Of a stretch of DNA of 64,000 nt, positions 23,659 to 37,272 are shown piece by piece (positions within the stretch are counted from its first letter, which is position 1; every line of letters starts with the position of its first letter). The DNA comes from Eledone cirrhosa (lineage: Eukaryota): contig OZ024740.1 of NCBI GenBank assembly GCA_964016885.1, forward strand, positions 75,702,001 through 75,766,000, given 5' to 3'. A program made the translations under genes and the position numbers. The notes under the pieces were generated by a model, which saw nothing but the letters and a program-made list of their open reading frames with translations, ran no database searches and was not told where the DNA came from.

Positions 23659-24886
23659 ACATATGGTCGCTTTTAGACACATTCATTATAGCATATTCGC
23701 ACCTATTCTCATCAGCATATCTATCCATTATTAGTGTGGTAATTTAAGGTTATTAATATGCATATATATGTTGAGAAGAGATTGTTTTTATATTTTTCTA
23801 ACTAGATTGAGGTTTATATAGTTGGGGGGTGTCCCTCTTTTATGTAATATTCAGCTTGTAGTGGGAAAAAAGGGTTTTAGTTCGGTGACAGCAGAATAAT
23901 GTTCGTTCAATTCTGTTATTAAGCAATTTCTTCTTGTGTGTGATTATGTAATAAATCTCAAGATTACACAATTTGCAGAAATTTTGGCTCCTGGAAAAGC
24001 TTTGGGTTTTAGCTAATTTCTCCCATTTTAGGGTAAACTTTTGATCGCCATCCCTGAGCGTCCAAGCTTTTTCTGCTAAAGTTGTTACATTTCTTTGGCT
24101 CTGATGTTTTATTGAGTAAGAATGCCTATATAATCGAGATTTAAACGATGTTGCCGTTGATCCCACGTAATACCATTCGTTGCCTCCGGATTTAATGGTA
24201 CACTTATAAATGATATTTTCCAGGCAGTTATTGCTGAGGGGGCAGTTGTCAGGATAGGTGCAGTTACAGTTGTGTACGTTGGGTTTTCTCTGGAGTAGTA
24301 TTGCGGACGAACTTAGGTGTGGTTTATTTATGTTCTGTAGTGTATTGTCTACTGTTTTTTTTTGTGTTCTTTGTACTTAAGTTTTTAGTGTTTTCGTTTA
24401 ACCTTCTAGTATTGATCTTTTTTATGTGTTGTTCAAATCTATCCCTAAAAATATTTCCCTTAGAATCTCGGGTCTATCTTCTAACATACAAGTATTTAAG
24501 GAACACGCCGAGTACTACGATAACGCCCTTAGAAAAGCAGGCTACCTCAACAAAATAGAGTATATAGATGAGAACAATCAAAACACCCAAAATAAATCCC
24601 ACATAGGTAGATATAACACAACACCAAACCACACTTACTACCATAGTATACACACCAGTAAACCAACAAACAAAACTAATAGAAAGCGATGCAAAGAGTA
24701 CTTATGGTATAACCCTGAATACAATAGTTCCATTAGTACAAATTTACCAGTACTCTTCTTTAAAATAATTAAGAGACATTTTCCTACATCACACAAATAC
24801 CACAAAATCCTAAACCCTACCACTATAAGACTGTCATACTCTACAGCGTTAAACCTTGAACAACACATAAAAAAGATCAATACTAG
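23659..24886 (-). mobile_element. Hydra-clade-like PLE 3' fragment with inverted upstream segment
   Basis: Minus strand 23840-24436 encodes GIY-YIG (CNC..CPL..CL, YVGST, CKLCNLE). Plus strand 24437-24886 encodes the upstream thumb (RISGLSSN, WYNP, HKYHKILN). 31 bp is duplicated at the junction. Confidence 0.8.
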
Positions 24887-25534
24887 CAACTATTTAGTGA
24901 TCTATAACATACTTGACCTCCTTTTCAACACAAGAGACATATAAAAACATATGCATATATTGACCCACAGTGGGTTGACATCCATCATAATGATATAGCA
25001 TGGCAATTTACATATAAAGGTTAAAGGATTAAAATGACAATAAAAATAAAAATAAAACATTGGCAGTTTATGAAGATAAAGCAAGAGGAAAGTTTAGAGT
25101 AGTCAGTGTATGGAACAATCTCACGTGTAGCATGCACGCGTGTCTTATTTATACAGGATTAGAGTGCGGCAGATTGTTACTTGTAGAATCAGGCAGTTAA
25201 AGCAGGCAATCAATATTATCATGTGGGCCGTATTGTTAAATCATTTTTTCGCATACACCTGTATGATATACAATCCCGAATGTAGAGAAACACCAAAATA
25301 TCAAAAATATCAAACATATCACAAAACATATTATAAAATAGGCAAAACAGCACCACTGTCTTCGCACACATCACCACTCACACAGTCCATGAAACGCAAT
25401 ATATACACTACAAGTCTATCACACAATCCACGATGATTCAGCATTGGGTGTCTGGAGAGTCAAGTTATAAACCATATCTTGTCGTTTCTTACTTTAGTTG
25501 TGTGAGATGACATTGTATATTCCGGAATATACAA

Positions 25535-25735
25535 TGCCCTTCCTAACACCAACCTCATTTACAGTGAGTGCTGGGTGCTTTTTTGCCGTGGCACCTCCAC
25601 GACCACTTTGCAGTGGAATGATAGGGACCCCAGTCCCTATCATCTCATTTCTACAGCTGAGTAAACTGGAGCAATGTGAAATAAAGTGTCTTACTCAAGG
25701 AAACAACGCATCACCCAGTCTGAGAATTGAACTCG
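25535..25735 (-). mobile_element. CORE-like SINE family A, partial
   Basis: Matches 38467-38770. Confidence 0.8.
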
Positions 25736-25739
25736 CGTA

Positions 25740-26715
25740 ATTTTCCTGCTATCCCACTACACCTCTTGTGTACCCATGATCTGCATTGTGTATATTCTAT
25801 AGAGTTTATGCCAACTCCTTTTCTACAAATCGAACATGGCCATTTTCACAATGGTGTCTGAGTTTTGTCCTCTTTCCTACTTTACTGATAGCACCTCTGG
25901 ACAGCTTGCACTGTCCTCACAAGCCATTCCTCTACACTTAGTTCGGGGTACTCTATCAAAGGCATTCTCTAGGTCAACAAAAGCTATATATAGTGGCTTA
26001 TTCTTCTCTAAGAACCTCTTTTGTTGTTGTATCACTAAGAAGCGGGCATTTGTTCTACTTTTCCCAGGCACAAAACCAAACTGCATCTCATCTAATTTGA
26101 CCCTTTCTCTAATTAGTTGTGCTAGCATTCTTTCTGTCACTTTCATAACCTGATCCATCAGTTTTATGCCCCTATAATTGCTCCTCTTCAGAGGATATAT
26201 AAGAATACTGTTGCACCACTCTTTGGGTATGACACCACCATATATAGCTTGATTGTTTAGTTCCTACTTCTCCAGATGCCTTCAGCATCTCAGCAACTAT
26301 CCCTGACAGTCCAGCGGCCTTACCACTTTTCATTTCCTTAATTGCCTCTTTCACTCTATAGTTGTCAATCTCAATAGCTGGTCCCCCTGTTGAGTGTATT
26401 GAGGATAGTTTTTCTCTCTCCCATTCATTCTCAACATTCATCAGTCTCTTATAATGACATTTCCAAGCCTCCTTTTTCTGAGCATCAGTGACACTAAGTG
26501 CACCAGCATCATTTGAAACACATTTATCTCCAACACCATCCTGATTCACACTGACACACTGCCTTGCAATGTGGAACACCGCACACCTTTGATCTTCTCT
26601 TCGCAGAACATTGGCAAACCTCCTACTCTCAGCCTCCCTGCGTGCTAAGTAAACCCAACGTCTAGCCTTTCTTTTAGCGGCTGAGTAATGGTCTATATTC
26701 CCAAGCCTTCTATGC
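25740..26715 (-). mobile_element. RTE LINE fragment with internal deletions
   Basis: ORFs 25877-26158 and 26172-26579 are homologous to the 27-29.9 kb copy. Confidence 0.9.
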
Positions 26716-26734
26716 TTGTCTTTTCTCTTTGTGC

Positions 26735-26985
26735 TCAGTCACTTTATATTTTAGAAAATATATATTTTCACTAGCTCTGACAGTTGGCAGGTAAGCAGTA
26801 TTGTGCACTGATGAAGAGTAATCACCAAGAAACATTAGTGCATGCAGTTCTGTTTACATGTCAACACAAGAGCAAGAATGACAGTCATTCTACTGACATG
26901 GCTTTAAAGAGGCTGTTTGCATGATTGCAAATGAATCGAATATTATTATTGATATTCAAAAAACTCAGATTACATTTATCATATA
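26735..26985 (+). mobile_element. Diverged copy of the 40.5-41.1 kb hammerhead element; degenerate hammerhead at 26803-26847
   Basis: Reverse complement of ~40490-40740; CUGAUGA...GAAAC AUUAGU GC A (cleavage triplet mutated). Confidence 0.75.
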
Positions 26986-27007
26986 AATATATATATATAT
27001 ATATATA

Positions 27008-29890
27008 TCATCATCATCATCATTTTACGTCCGCTTTTCCCTGCTTGCAAGGGTGGGACGGCTCCTATTCAGCACAGCATCTCTCCACTTGTCACGGTCC
27101 TTTGTCATCTCCACCGTGAGCTTCATCGATCTGAGGTCTGCTCCCACTACCTCCACCCATGTTTTTTGTGGTCTTCCTCTACTACGCCTTCCTTCAACTG
27201 GCATTTCTTGGCACTTCTTCACCCATCGGTCATCTTCCATGTGCATCACATGTCCATACCATCGCAGTCTCCTCTCCCGCGCACTACAACTTATCCCTCT
27301 CAGACACAGTTTCTCTCTCAACACATACATGCTGGGCCGTTCACGCACATTGATATTGCACATCCAACGGAACATGCTTGCCTCATTTCTCTCCAGCCGT
27401 CGCATATTCTCTGCAGTTGCTGCCCATGTCTCACTACCATGCAGCATCACGCACCTCACACAGGCATCATATAACCGGCCTTTCATATGCAGGGAGAAAC
27501 CGTTCTTTGTCAACAGAGGAAGCAGCTCCCTAAACTTCTTCCAACCCGTCCTTATTCTAGATACTATGGCTACAGAACCCCCTTCTCCCCTTCACCTCCA
27601 TGCTAATCTGACCAGCTAGGTACCGGAAGCTATCAACCACTTCTATAGCACACACCTGCATTTGAAAAATGTGTCTATCAATGCGACTTCTACTGTCAAA
27701 TTTCCCTGTACATCTACTGCATACGTATTTCTCCCTACCTGTTAATTTGCCTGCTAACCCACTACATCTCTTGTTACGCAAGATCTGCATTGTGTACATT
27801 TTATAGAATTTATGCCAGTTCTTTTTCTGCATATTGAACATGGCCATTTCCCTGACGAAATCAGAGTTTTGTCCTCTTTTCTACTCATCAACACTTTTAT
27901 CTTAGCTCGTTTCACTCTCAGTCCTCTTGCTTCTAACTGCTGTTTCCATAGCCAGAATTTATTCTCCAGCTCCTCTACTGATTCTGTTATAAGAACCAGA
28001 TCATCAGCACAGAGAAGTTTCCATGGTCAGCCAGTCTTAAACTCCTTTGTTATGGCTTGGAGGACTATAATGAACAAGAGCAGGCTGAGGACTGAATCCT
28101 GATGTACTCCTACTTCTATCTGGAATTCCTCACTAAACTCCATTCCTACCTTCACTTTACTGACAGCACCTCTGTACATAGCTTTCACTGTCCTCACAAG
28201 CCATTCCTCAACACCCAGCTTCCTTAGGGACCACCAGATGACAGATCGGGGTACCCTATCAAAGGCCTTCTCTAGGTCAACAAAAGCTAAGTATAGTAGC
28301 TTATTCTTCTCTAAGAACCTCTCTTGTCTCACTAAGATGAGGGCATCCATTGTACTTTTCCCAGGCACAAAACCAAACTGCATCTCATCTAGTTTGACCC
28401 TTTCTCTAATTAGTTGTTCTAATATCCTTTCTGCTACTTTCATGACTTGATCCATCAGTTTTATGCCCCTATAATTGCTCCTCTCCAGAGCATCCCCTTT
28501 ACCTTTGTAGCAATTTATGAGAATACTGCTGCACCAGTCTTTGGGTATGACACCACCATATATAGCCTGATTGATAATGCATGCAACTAGTTTAGTGCCT
28601 ATGTTGCCTGACGCCTTCAACATCTCAGCAACTATCCCCGACGGTCCAGCGACCTTACCATTTTTCATTTCCTTAGTCGACTCTTGGACCCTATATTTAT
28701 CAATCTCAATAGCTGGTCCCTCTGTTGGATCTACTGAAGGTAATTTCTCTCTCTCCCATTTGTTCTCCACATTCATCAGTCCCTCATAATGACATTTCCA
28801 GGCCTCCTTTTTCTGATCATTCATGACATTAAGTACACCGGCATCATTCCGGACACATTTATCTCCAACAACATCCTGATTTGCACTGACACACTGCCTT
28901 GCAATGCGGAACACCGCACGTCTCTGATCTTCCCGCCGCAGAACATTGGCAAACCTCCTACTCTCAGCCTGCCTGCGTGCTAAGTACACCTGACATCTAG
29001 CCTCTCTTTTTCCCAAGCATTCCATTCTAGTCTTTTGTCTCCAATGGTCCTATCTACCATGCTGTTCCACCACCAGGTTACCCTCTGTCTGGCTGGAGCA
29101 GAGCTCCAGCCACAAGTTTCTTCAGTAGCCTGCAGTAAGTTGTCACGTAAGAAATTCCAGTTATCATCTATGTCATACGACTCTAAATCGTCTTCTTTTT
29201 CGTCATACATATCTTGAAGGGCTTTCCTAAATTTGTATTTTATTGAAAGGTCTTTTAATTTCCAGACCTTTCTTCTCCACACCTTCCTGTATATCTCATT
29301 CCATCTCTTGCTTACTGCGATATCATTAACGACTAACCTATGCTGTGGGGTACATTCTTCCCCGGGGTATGCCTTGGTATTTGACACCATCTGTCTATCC
29401 CGCTGCCTAACTAGTAAGAAGTCAATCTGGCTTATGTGCTCACCTGATTTGTCGGTTATTAGGTGGTTGGCAGGTGTCTGGAAGTTAGTGTTGCAAATGG
29501 TTAGTGCACTTGCATCACAAAATTCAAGAAGTCTCACTCCTTCTTCATTTCTTGAGCCGTAACCGTGCCCACCATGTACCCCAGTGTAACCATCCTGGAG
29601 CTGTCCAACATGACCATTGAAGTCCCCTGCTAGCATAACGATGTCTCCGTTCTCTGTCGTTGCGGCTGTTTGTAAAAGTTGCTCGTAAAAGCAGTCTTTC
29701 TCTTCTTTACCTAAGCCTGCCTGGGGAGCATAGGCAGAGATGATTGTTAGTAGCCTCTTGCCTACAACTAATCGAAGCTTACTTAATCTATTACTAACTT
29801 GAACTACCTGTATTGTCTTATAGATCCATCTCTCAGCCAGGAAAATGCCTACTCCCCCTAACCCATCATCATTACCCACCCAGAAAAGCT
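27008..29890 (-). mobile_element. RTE LINE (second subfamily), 5'-truncated, APE + RT + PHD insert, short 3' end with (GAT)n
   Basis: ORFs 28980-29879 (SAYAPQ, AGDFNGHVG, QIDFLL), 28027-29025 and 27025-27513. Confidence 0.95.
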
Positions 29891-30971
29891 TATATATATA
29901 TATATCATCATCGTTGTTTAATGTCCATCTTCCAAGCTAGCATGGGTTAGACGGTTTTGTTCTGTTTGATGCGGGAATGGTTGGGAGACCATGTCTTTCT
30001 TGTACAGAATAATAAAATAAATAGAGATGATATAAAGTATATATCTTTCGTTTATTATTATCATTATTATAATAATATTCCCTGATAAATATATACAGTT
30101 GAGTGCTTGGCATCTGTTATATATAAGAATCAGTTGATTATAGATCAACTAACTCTTTTTTCATTGATTAATCTTTTGCTCCTTCATTTGTTGAGTACTT
30201 TATTATATACCAGGTACAAATAAAGGATGGAATATCTCCTCATCACTTAAGGTTGTGCCCATACCTGGCAAAAGGTAACTAAACAGTTAATCGAAAAAAC
30301 GGACTTTTTTATAAGAAGAATGCACTTATCATTTTGATATGAAAATGAATGAAAGAATTTATAACTCAACTAACAATCTCGACCTTATTTTTAAATCCAA
30401 GAAAAACCCACCATACAACAAACATTTAGCGGAATTTGTGATGAACTAACTAATATTATACAAAGCATTAAATTTAAGAAAAACCCATATAGAGTATTTC
30501 AAAAAGCTTAGAATCAAAATTGATGAACAAACAAATTCTAGTTAAATCTGATAAAACTAATAACCTTTAAGGTCTTGATAAAGATGATTATAACAAATTA
30601 ATATTAAGGGAACTTAGGGAAAAGTACCGAAAAACTATGTATGAGAACCTTGAAACTATTAATAAGGAAGCTTTTGAAATTGGTTCTAAACTTGGGATTG
30701 AACACAGAACTGAACCTTTCATACCTAGAACATCAAAGTTTAATATGAAAGATCATAAGGACAATTTTGAATTTGAACTACCTGTCAGACTTATAGCTCC
30801 ATTGAAATCTGACTTAGTAAAAACATCTTGGACAGAATCATACCATTCTAAAGTTTCGATCTCAACTAAAATTATTGAATGGTACCAATGAGGTTATCGA
30901 CTGGTTCACTGAGCTTAAAATAAAAGCAAGACCAAATTTATTTATTTGGATATAACCAATTATTATTATTC

Positions 30972-31155
30972 TGGTGGATTGGCAGTATCGGTAGAGGGTC
31001 GGACGCCATGCTTTCCAGCATAGTTACGTCCCTTTACGATCTGAGTTCAAATCCCGTCGAGGTTGACTTTGCCTTTCATCCTTACGGGGTCGATAAAATA
31101 AAGTACCAGTAATGCACTGGATAATTGCTGGCCTTGTGCCTAAAGTAGAAACAAT
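30972..31155 (+). mobile_element. tRNA-derived SINE family B
   Basis: B box GAGTTCAAATCC; central GCCTTTCATCC..GGGGTCGATAAAAT; matches 33708 and 37273 copies; interrupts the PLE RT. Confidence 0.85.
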
Positions 31156-31906
31156 TCTTCTATTTCTCCAGCATTACTTAACAAAGCCTTATCATATGCA
31201 ACAAAATTTACAGATCTTTTGAATGATGAAATTGATATTATCCTTACTGCTAGAAAGACTATTATTGATTTCAATGGTGATCTATGGACTAGAGCTGATA
31301 GACCTGGAAAGTTCGACATTTCTATGGGATCTACAGCTTTGTGTCAGGTCACTGACCTCGTTGGAATTTTCATCCTTAACCTAATTCACAGAAGATTTCC
31401 TGAGTTTGGCAGAGGTTCATATCATGATGATGCTCTTTTTGTAGTAATTAACCATAATAATAGTGCCCTTAATAGAAAGAAGAAAATTATAACTGACTCT
31501 TTTTAACAATTATGGCCTTAAACTCGAAATTGAAAATAATAATATAGTTAATTTCCTAGATATAACATTAAACCTTAATTCTGGCCTTTACTATTCATTC
31601 CATAAATTAAATGAAAACTTTAATTATGTTAGCTTCCATTCAAACCACCTGAGAACTATTAAAAGGGCTATAGTTAACAGCATTCAGCAAAGAATCTCTA
31701 GACTCTCGGCCAATAAGGACATAAGCCCCAGAACTAGGCCAAATCAGTCATATAATAGATAGAACCAATAAATAAAACCAATAGATAAAACCAATAAGAA
31801 GCCTTGTAAAATCACCACCACACGTTCAAAAGAGAAGACAAGAGACTTAGTGGTATAATCACCACCACACGTTCAAAAGAGAAGACAAGAGACTTAGTAC
31901 TGCTTT

Positions 31907-32258
31907 CATCATCATCATCATCATCATTTCATTTTACGTCCGCTTTTTCCCTGCTTGCAAGGGTGGGACGGGAACTGATTCTGGCTTGATTTCTACAGCT
32001 GGATGCCCTTCCTAACACCAACCTCATTTACAGTGAGTGCTGGGTGCTTTTTTTTTTGTCGTGGCACCTCCACGACCACTTTGCAGTGGAATGATAAGGA
32101 CCTCAGTCCCTATCATCTCATTTCTATAGTTGAGTAAACTGGAGCAATGTGAAATAAAGTGTCTTGCTCAAGGAAACAACGCATCAACCGGTTTGAGAAT
32201 TGAACTCACAACCTTTCGATTGCAAGGCCAATGCTCTAATCACTAAGCCATGTGCCTC
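31907..32258 (-). mobile_element. tRNA-derived CORE-like SINE family A, full length
   Basis: A/B boxes, CORE-like CCTTGAGCAAGACACTTTATTTCAC..CAGTTTACTCA, RTE-type tail with (GAT)n. Confidence 0.9.
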
Positions 32259-32267
32259 TATTTAAAA

Positions 32268-32410
32268 GAAAGAACGGGGCCCCGGGACGATGGATTTCCG
32301 GGGCCGCAATGTGCGTTCGAGGTGTCGATGTTCACTGACTCCTGCAATTCGCATCAGTTCACGCGGATAGCCGCGCACTTCATCGACGGACGAGCCGAGT
32401 GATTCCCCCG
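32268..32410 (-). pseudogene. 5.8S rRNA copy (near full length, isolated from rDNA)
   Basis: Minus strand has ATCACTCGGCTCG..GTCGATGAAG, GAATTGCAGGA, CATCGACA..TCGAACGCACATTGCGGCCCCGG and the 3' GC hairpin, all hallmark 5.8S motifs. No flanking ITS, 18S or 28S. Confidence 0.93.
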
Positions 32411-33577
32411 TCCATTGAATTAATTTGGTCGCTTAAAAATAATAATATAGAATATTCTCTTTCATGTCATAAACCTTTCAATGCTTTACCTTATAAAAAT
32501 TCTTCCATTTCTAAGAGTTGTAACCTATGTACCCCTGAAATTCTTTATATTCTTAAGAATAGAAAACTAATTATTAATAAACGATCTAAGATCTTCAGCT
32601 CGTGCCTGCAATGATTTTCGAAAACATTTCATAGAGTTTTTAGTTAAACTTTAAAATAGATAACATAATAGTGAATATTCCTTTATATATAGTTTTTAAT
32701 TCTCACCTCCACCTATTCTCAAATACATTTAGAGTTTTTAATTAAGCTTTATATATAAAAAAAATAATAAGATAGGTGTTACTCCTTTATATATAATTTT
32801 AAAGTGATTTTGTTATCTTTATTTTAATAATCTAGATTATACGACAAAATAGGTTAACTAATTTTTTCCTCCGTCATTTTTCTTCGTTATAATCTTCCTC
32901 CGTTACAATTTTTCATCTACTTTAACTTTAGGTTGTATCTAAATAAATTAAATTTAATATAATTTGATAAATTTGGCTATGATGCATACATTTTTTCTTT
33001 CTAAATACACAAAGTATTAATAGTCTTTCCTATACATATATTAACTACTTAAATAAGATTGTAATTGATAAATTTGACATTGATAATCATTTCCCTTCTT
33101 TTAAAATAAATAATTTACCTTGTAGCATTATAACCTACTCAGCTATATATTTAAAAAAAACCCATATCAATTATTAAATACTTTTCTACTCATATATTTT
33201 CAAAATCTCATTATACATGAACAAAGATACCTGTAATCCAAATTCTTTCCCACTTTATTATTATATTTTCATAATACTACTTTTGTTTCCTAGAATATTT
33301 TTTCATTTTGTTCCTTTGATATAATATATACTTTTAATTTAATACCTATTTTTAATTGATTATAAGCAGCATATAGACTGAATAATGATCAATTTTTGTT
33401 TTGTTTTTTGACCAATCTAATTACACTATATTTTAAATAATTTATCAAACGATTAGACCAACTGTAATTATTCTCCCAGTCATGTAACCTCCTATGTGTT
33501 GAGTTATTTCTAGTCATATGCTTGGTGGTCACCGATCTGTCCAGCATATCATGAAAAAAATTATACATCTCATTTGT

Positions 33578-33654
33578 ATTTTGTCTGAAGAGGACTTGTT
33601 TTGGTTTATGTTATACATAAAATTTGCATCTTCGAAATATATATATAATAAAAT
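33578..33654 (+). ncRNA. Type I hammerhead motif in PLE 3' terminal repeat
   Basis: AUUUUGU CUGAAGA...GAAA UAUAUAUA U A AUAAAAU; 7-bp stem I, weak stem II base. Confidence 0.65.
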
Positions 33655-33707
33655 AAACAGAGATGATATAAAGTATATATCTTTCATTTATTACTATCAT
33701 TATTATT

Positions 33708-33896
33708 AGGGCGGCGGTGAATTGGCAGTATCAGTAGAGGGTCGGACGCCATGCTTTCCAGCATAGTTACGTCCCTTTACGATCTGAGTTCAAATCCCGC
33801 CGAGGTTGACTTTGCCTTTCATCCTTACGGGGTCGATAAAATAAAGTACCAGTAATGCACTGGGTAATTGCTGGCCTTGCGCCTAAAGTAGAAACA

Positions 33897-33912
<16 letters not shown>
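33708..33912 (+). mobile_element. SINE family B, full length, (TTA)n tail
   Basis: Homology to the 30972 and 37273 copies. Confidence 0.88.
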
Positions 33913-33942
<30 letters not shown>

Positions 33943-34044
33943 TTAACAAGATATCGTTTAAAGTAATCCAAGTAGAGGTTATGAGTACTCTGTATTGAGG
34001 ATAGTTTTAATGTTCGGTATTATTTGACTGAACAAGAAGTTTCC

Positions 34045-35810
34045 TTCATTATCATCATCATCCAGTGGCCTCAGCCGAAATGGACTCAACAATTGATCTC
34101 CACGTGAGTCTGTCGTTCATTGCCATTGTCAAATCCTGGATTTCAATACCAGAATCTCTGGAGATGACATGGGGATAGGAGAGCTTGCACCCTCTATTAT
34201 TAGTGACTACTTGTGGTTTCAAAAGTACTAATGGGGAAACAGCCTCATAGGTGACACGATGGCAGTGGCCAGCAAATCTAACTCTCCTTTTACGTACAAT
34301 GACAGATATGCATGGGAGGCCGGCATAGATTTCTTTCAAAGTCAGATGTTGCCAGCTTATGTTCTGAATGCGTTGAAACAGGCGAGTCTAGGTGCCATCA
34401 AGGCGCTTTTGTTGTTTGGATGAAAGCATCCATGTTTCACTTCCATATAGCAAGATTGGTTGAATTGTTACTTGGAAGAGTCTGATCTTGGTGTGGTTGG
34501 AAAGATTTGAGCGCCAAACTCGATTCAACTTGTTGCAAGCTGATCATGCTTGGGGCTTTCTGGTGGCAAAATCCTTCTCAGAGTCCATGATCCAGGACCC
34601 AAGATACCTGAAATCTTCGACTTGCTTGATATCACTGCAATTGATTGCTTTGATGCTGTTGCCTGTATAGTTTGGTATGTACTCTGTTTTATCCTCTTTG
34701 AGATGAAGGCCAGCAAGGGCGGCTGCTTCCTGGAGAGATGTCAAAAGTTGTTCATTTTCTAGGCAATCTGCAAGTAGTGCAATGTCATCTGCAAAGTCAA
34801 GGTCAGTGAGATGTTTAGCGGGGTGCCTAGAGATCATGCGGAGTTTGATGGTTATACCTTTGTTATTGATTTTGTCAATTGAGAGTCTCAGGGTGTAGTC
34901 TAGTGTAATGATAAAGAGGAATGGGGCAAGAGTGTCACCCTGCAGCACTCTTGCTGAGATTTCAAAGAACTCTGTTGGGCCATCAGGAGTGATGATAGTG
35001 GCACTTGTGTTGAGATACAGAACCTTAATTACTTCCACAAGTCTTGCTGGTAAGCCATACAAGGGTAGAATTTCAAACAGAATGTCTCTGTTTATGCTCT
35101 CAAAAGCTTTGCTAAAGTCAACAAAAATTAGATTCATTTGTCTGTTGGAGTTTCTCATTTCTTCCACTCCTCTTCTCAAGGCCAAAATCTGTGCAAGTGT
35201 AGATCTACCATGCTTAAAACTGTTTCTGTTGATGCGAAAGATTGGATCAACATACGGAACTATACGGTTGAGAATTAGTTTGTTGTAGATCTTGGCAGCA
35301 ATGGGCATAAGTGATATTCCTTGGTAGTTTTTGAGGGATGAGAGGTCACCTTTTTGGGGAACAGGGACTATGTCTGCTTTTAGCCAACTTGTTGGAGAAT
35401 TTTGTTGCTTAACGTGTCGTTGCAGATTGATAATAGGACCGAAGTAAGGTTTAGGTCTTTCCAAATTATACTGGGTATGTTGTCAAGATCGGATGATTTT
35501 TTTGTTTTCAAGTGTTTTGATCACCAGGTTGATCTCACTCTAGGTGAAGAGTCTAGTGGAGATGTCAAGTTCAGATGATACCTCAGACTTTTGGAGATCG
35601 CCTTCTACAGGGGATGGTTCGCCTAGTAGACCCTTGAAGTGGTCAGTCCAGCTCTTTTTCTTAGCTTCTTGAGAACCTCCTTTGATGATGGGTGAAAGCT
35701 TTTCTTTTCTGCCAGTTATTTCATTGATTAAAGCCCATGCAGCTGCATGCTGTTTGTTTATATGAAGGGTCTTAAGTTTGTTTATTTTTCCTTCTACACT
35801 CTGCAAGAGT
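34045..35810 (-). mobile_element. RTE-group LINE of a different family (no PHD), 5'-truncated
   Basis: ORFs 34544-35464 (KGDLS..NYQGISL, FVDFSKAF, VLQGDTLAPFLF, DFADDI, FRYLGS) and 34058-34339 (RFAGHC). Confidence 0.92.
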
Positions 35811-35977
35811 ATGCCTCATTTCACTTTTCAGTAAACTGGTTGGATTTGAGTTCTACTGAGAATTTGCCTTAGTTGAGTGGCCAGTTTAAGAAAGTTCCTA
35901 GGCAGGCAGTTCTTGGAATAATAGTAGTAAAAGAGTGAAGAATAATGTGGTTGACTGTATAAAAGGGTTTATTTAAA

Positions 35978-36086
35978 GTATTAACAATTGTTTCATTAGT
36001 CCGGTGTGTCTAAAAATCGCTGATCGTTAGAAGCCACGTCACTCAATTTTAATTGCAGTCAATACTCGACTAAATCATCAGAATAC
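35978..36086 (-). ncRNA. Type I hammerhead ribozyme with long stem II
   Basis: GUAUU CUGAUGA u UUAGUC...GACUAA u GAAAC AAUU GU U AAUAC. Confidence 0.8.
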
Positions 36087-37272
36087 TGATCTGTGTACAT
36101 GACTTAGTGCACTAGTATTTATAGATACATGGGAGAATAACATAAATGAAAACAATAATAATAACAATAATGATGATGATAATAATAGTAGTAGTAGTAA
36201 TAGTAGTAGTAATGGTTGCAGTGATGAGGTGTGATAGAAGCGTAAAATAGTAATGACAATAATAACATGGAAAAAGTGAGGGAAGTGGTATGAAGAGATG
36301 ATATGATAAGGTAGATAATTGGCAGTGTAATTAAATGGGATGAGGGGTGATAGTGGCGACATTTAAATACATTGTGTTGAGATGAGTTAAATAGATGAAG
36401 TGGCGAAATATGAAATAAAGAGATGATAACAGACGGGTGATTAAGTTTGGGGTATTTTGAAAAGTATTATCTTAATGGAGGTGAAGATTGATGGTACTGC
36501 TGTGTGTGAGAGGGTGTGTCTGTAAAAAAGCTGAGGAATCATCGATTAATCTTATGTCCGATTGGTCAAGAGTACATAACTGTGCTTACTATTGGCAGAT
36601 GTGTGAAGTTTTTGCCTGTACATGGCTGACAGTCAATCGTAGTAAGGAGGTGTAAAATTGGTTTGTTGGCACCAGTGATGCAGACGTTTTAAATCCGGGG
36701 GGTTTTGTATGGATAGTGAGATTGCTGGATCGAATCTTGCTCATCTCGGTTTGTTGTTAGAGAATTTAGTAGCGGCTTTGTGCCTACAGAAATTTGTCTG
36801 CCCGATCTTGCTATTGAGCAGCATTTTGTTATATTGTAGAATATGGAGTAGTTCCATATTGCAGAGTTCACAATGGGACATCCTGTTTGTGTAGACTTTT
36901 GCATTTGATAACTTCGACCAGCTAATTTCATATTTTTCATTATTGTCCTTAAGTTGCCAGATTTTATTGGCCAGCGTTGTTGTGTTACTGAGTTTTCAGC
37001 TTTTTATGGAGTGTCAATGCACATACCATCGTTTGTTGAAGTCACCAGCCGTAGAATCTATGTAGTACCATGCCAGATTGCCAGACTTAATAGTGCATAG
37101 GTATACCATACTGGACTCCAGGCATCTATTCCGTAGTGGGCATTTATCTGGCAGGTAGCAATATTTGGAGGCTTTCCTTTGTGCAGGTTCCTATGTGCCT
37201 AGTATCTACCTTATCATATCATCTCTTCATACCACTTCCCTCACTTTTTCCATGTTATTATTATTGTCATTA

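Larger units (their letters stand above)
30009..33707 (+). mobile_element. Hydra-clade-like PLE, apparently end-to-end but decayed, with ~60-bp terminal direct repeat and nested inserts
   Basis: KSDKTNN, KDHKDNF..VRLI, FDISMGS..VTDLVG, YHDD, FLDITLNL and C-terminal CNLC..E; 30009-30072 is repeated at 33645-33707. Confidence 0.8.

Noticed and set aside
31811-31898. 41-bp tandem duplication as a SINE TSD
   Set aside because: Both copies lie on the same side of the SINE; it is a local duplication.
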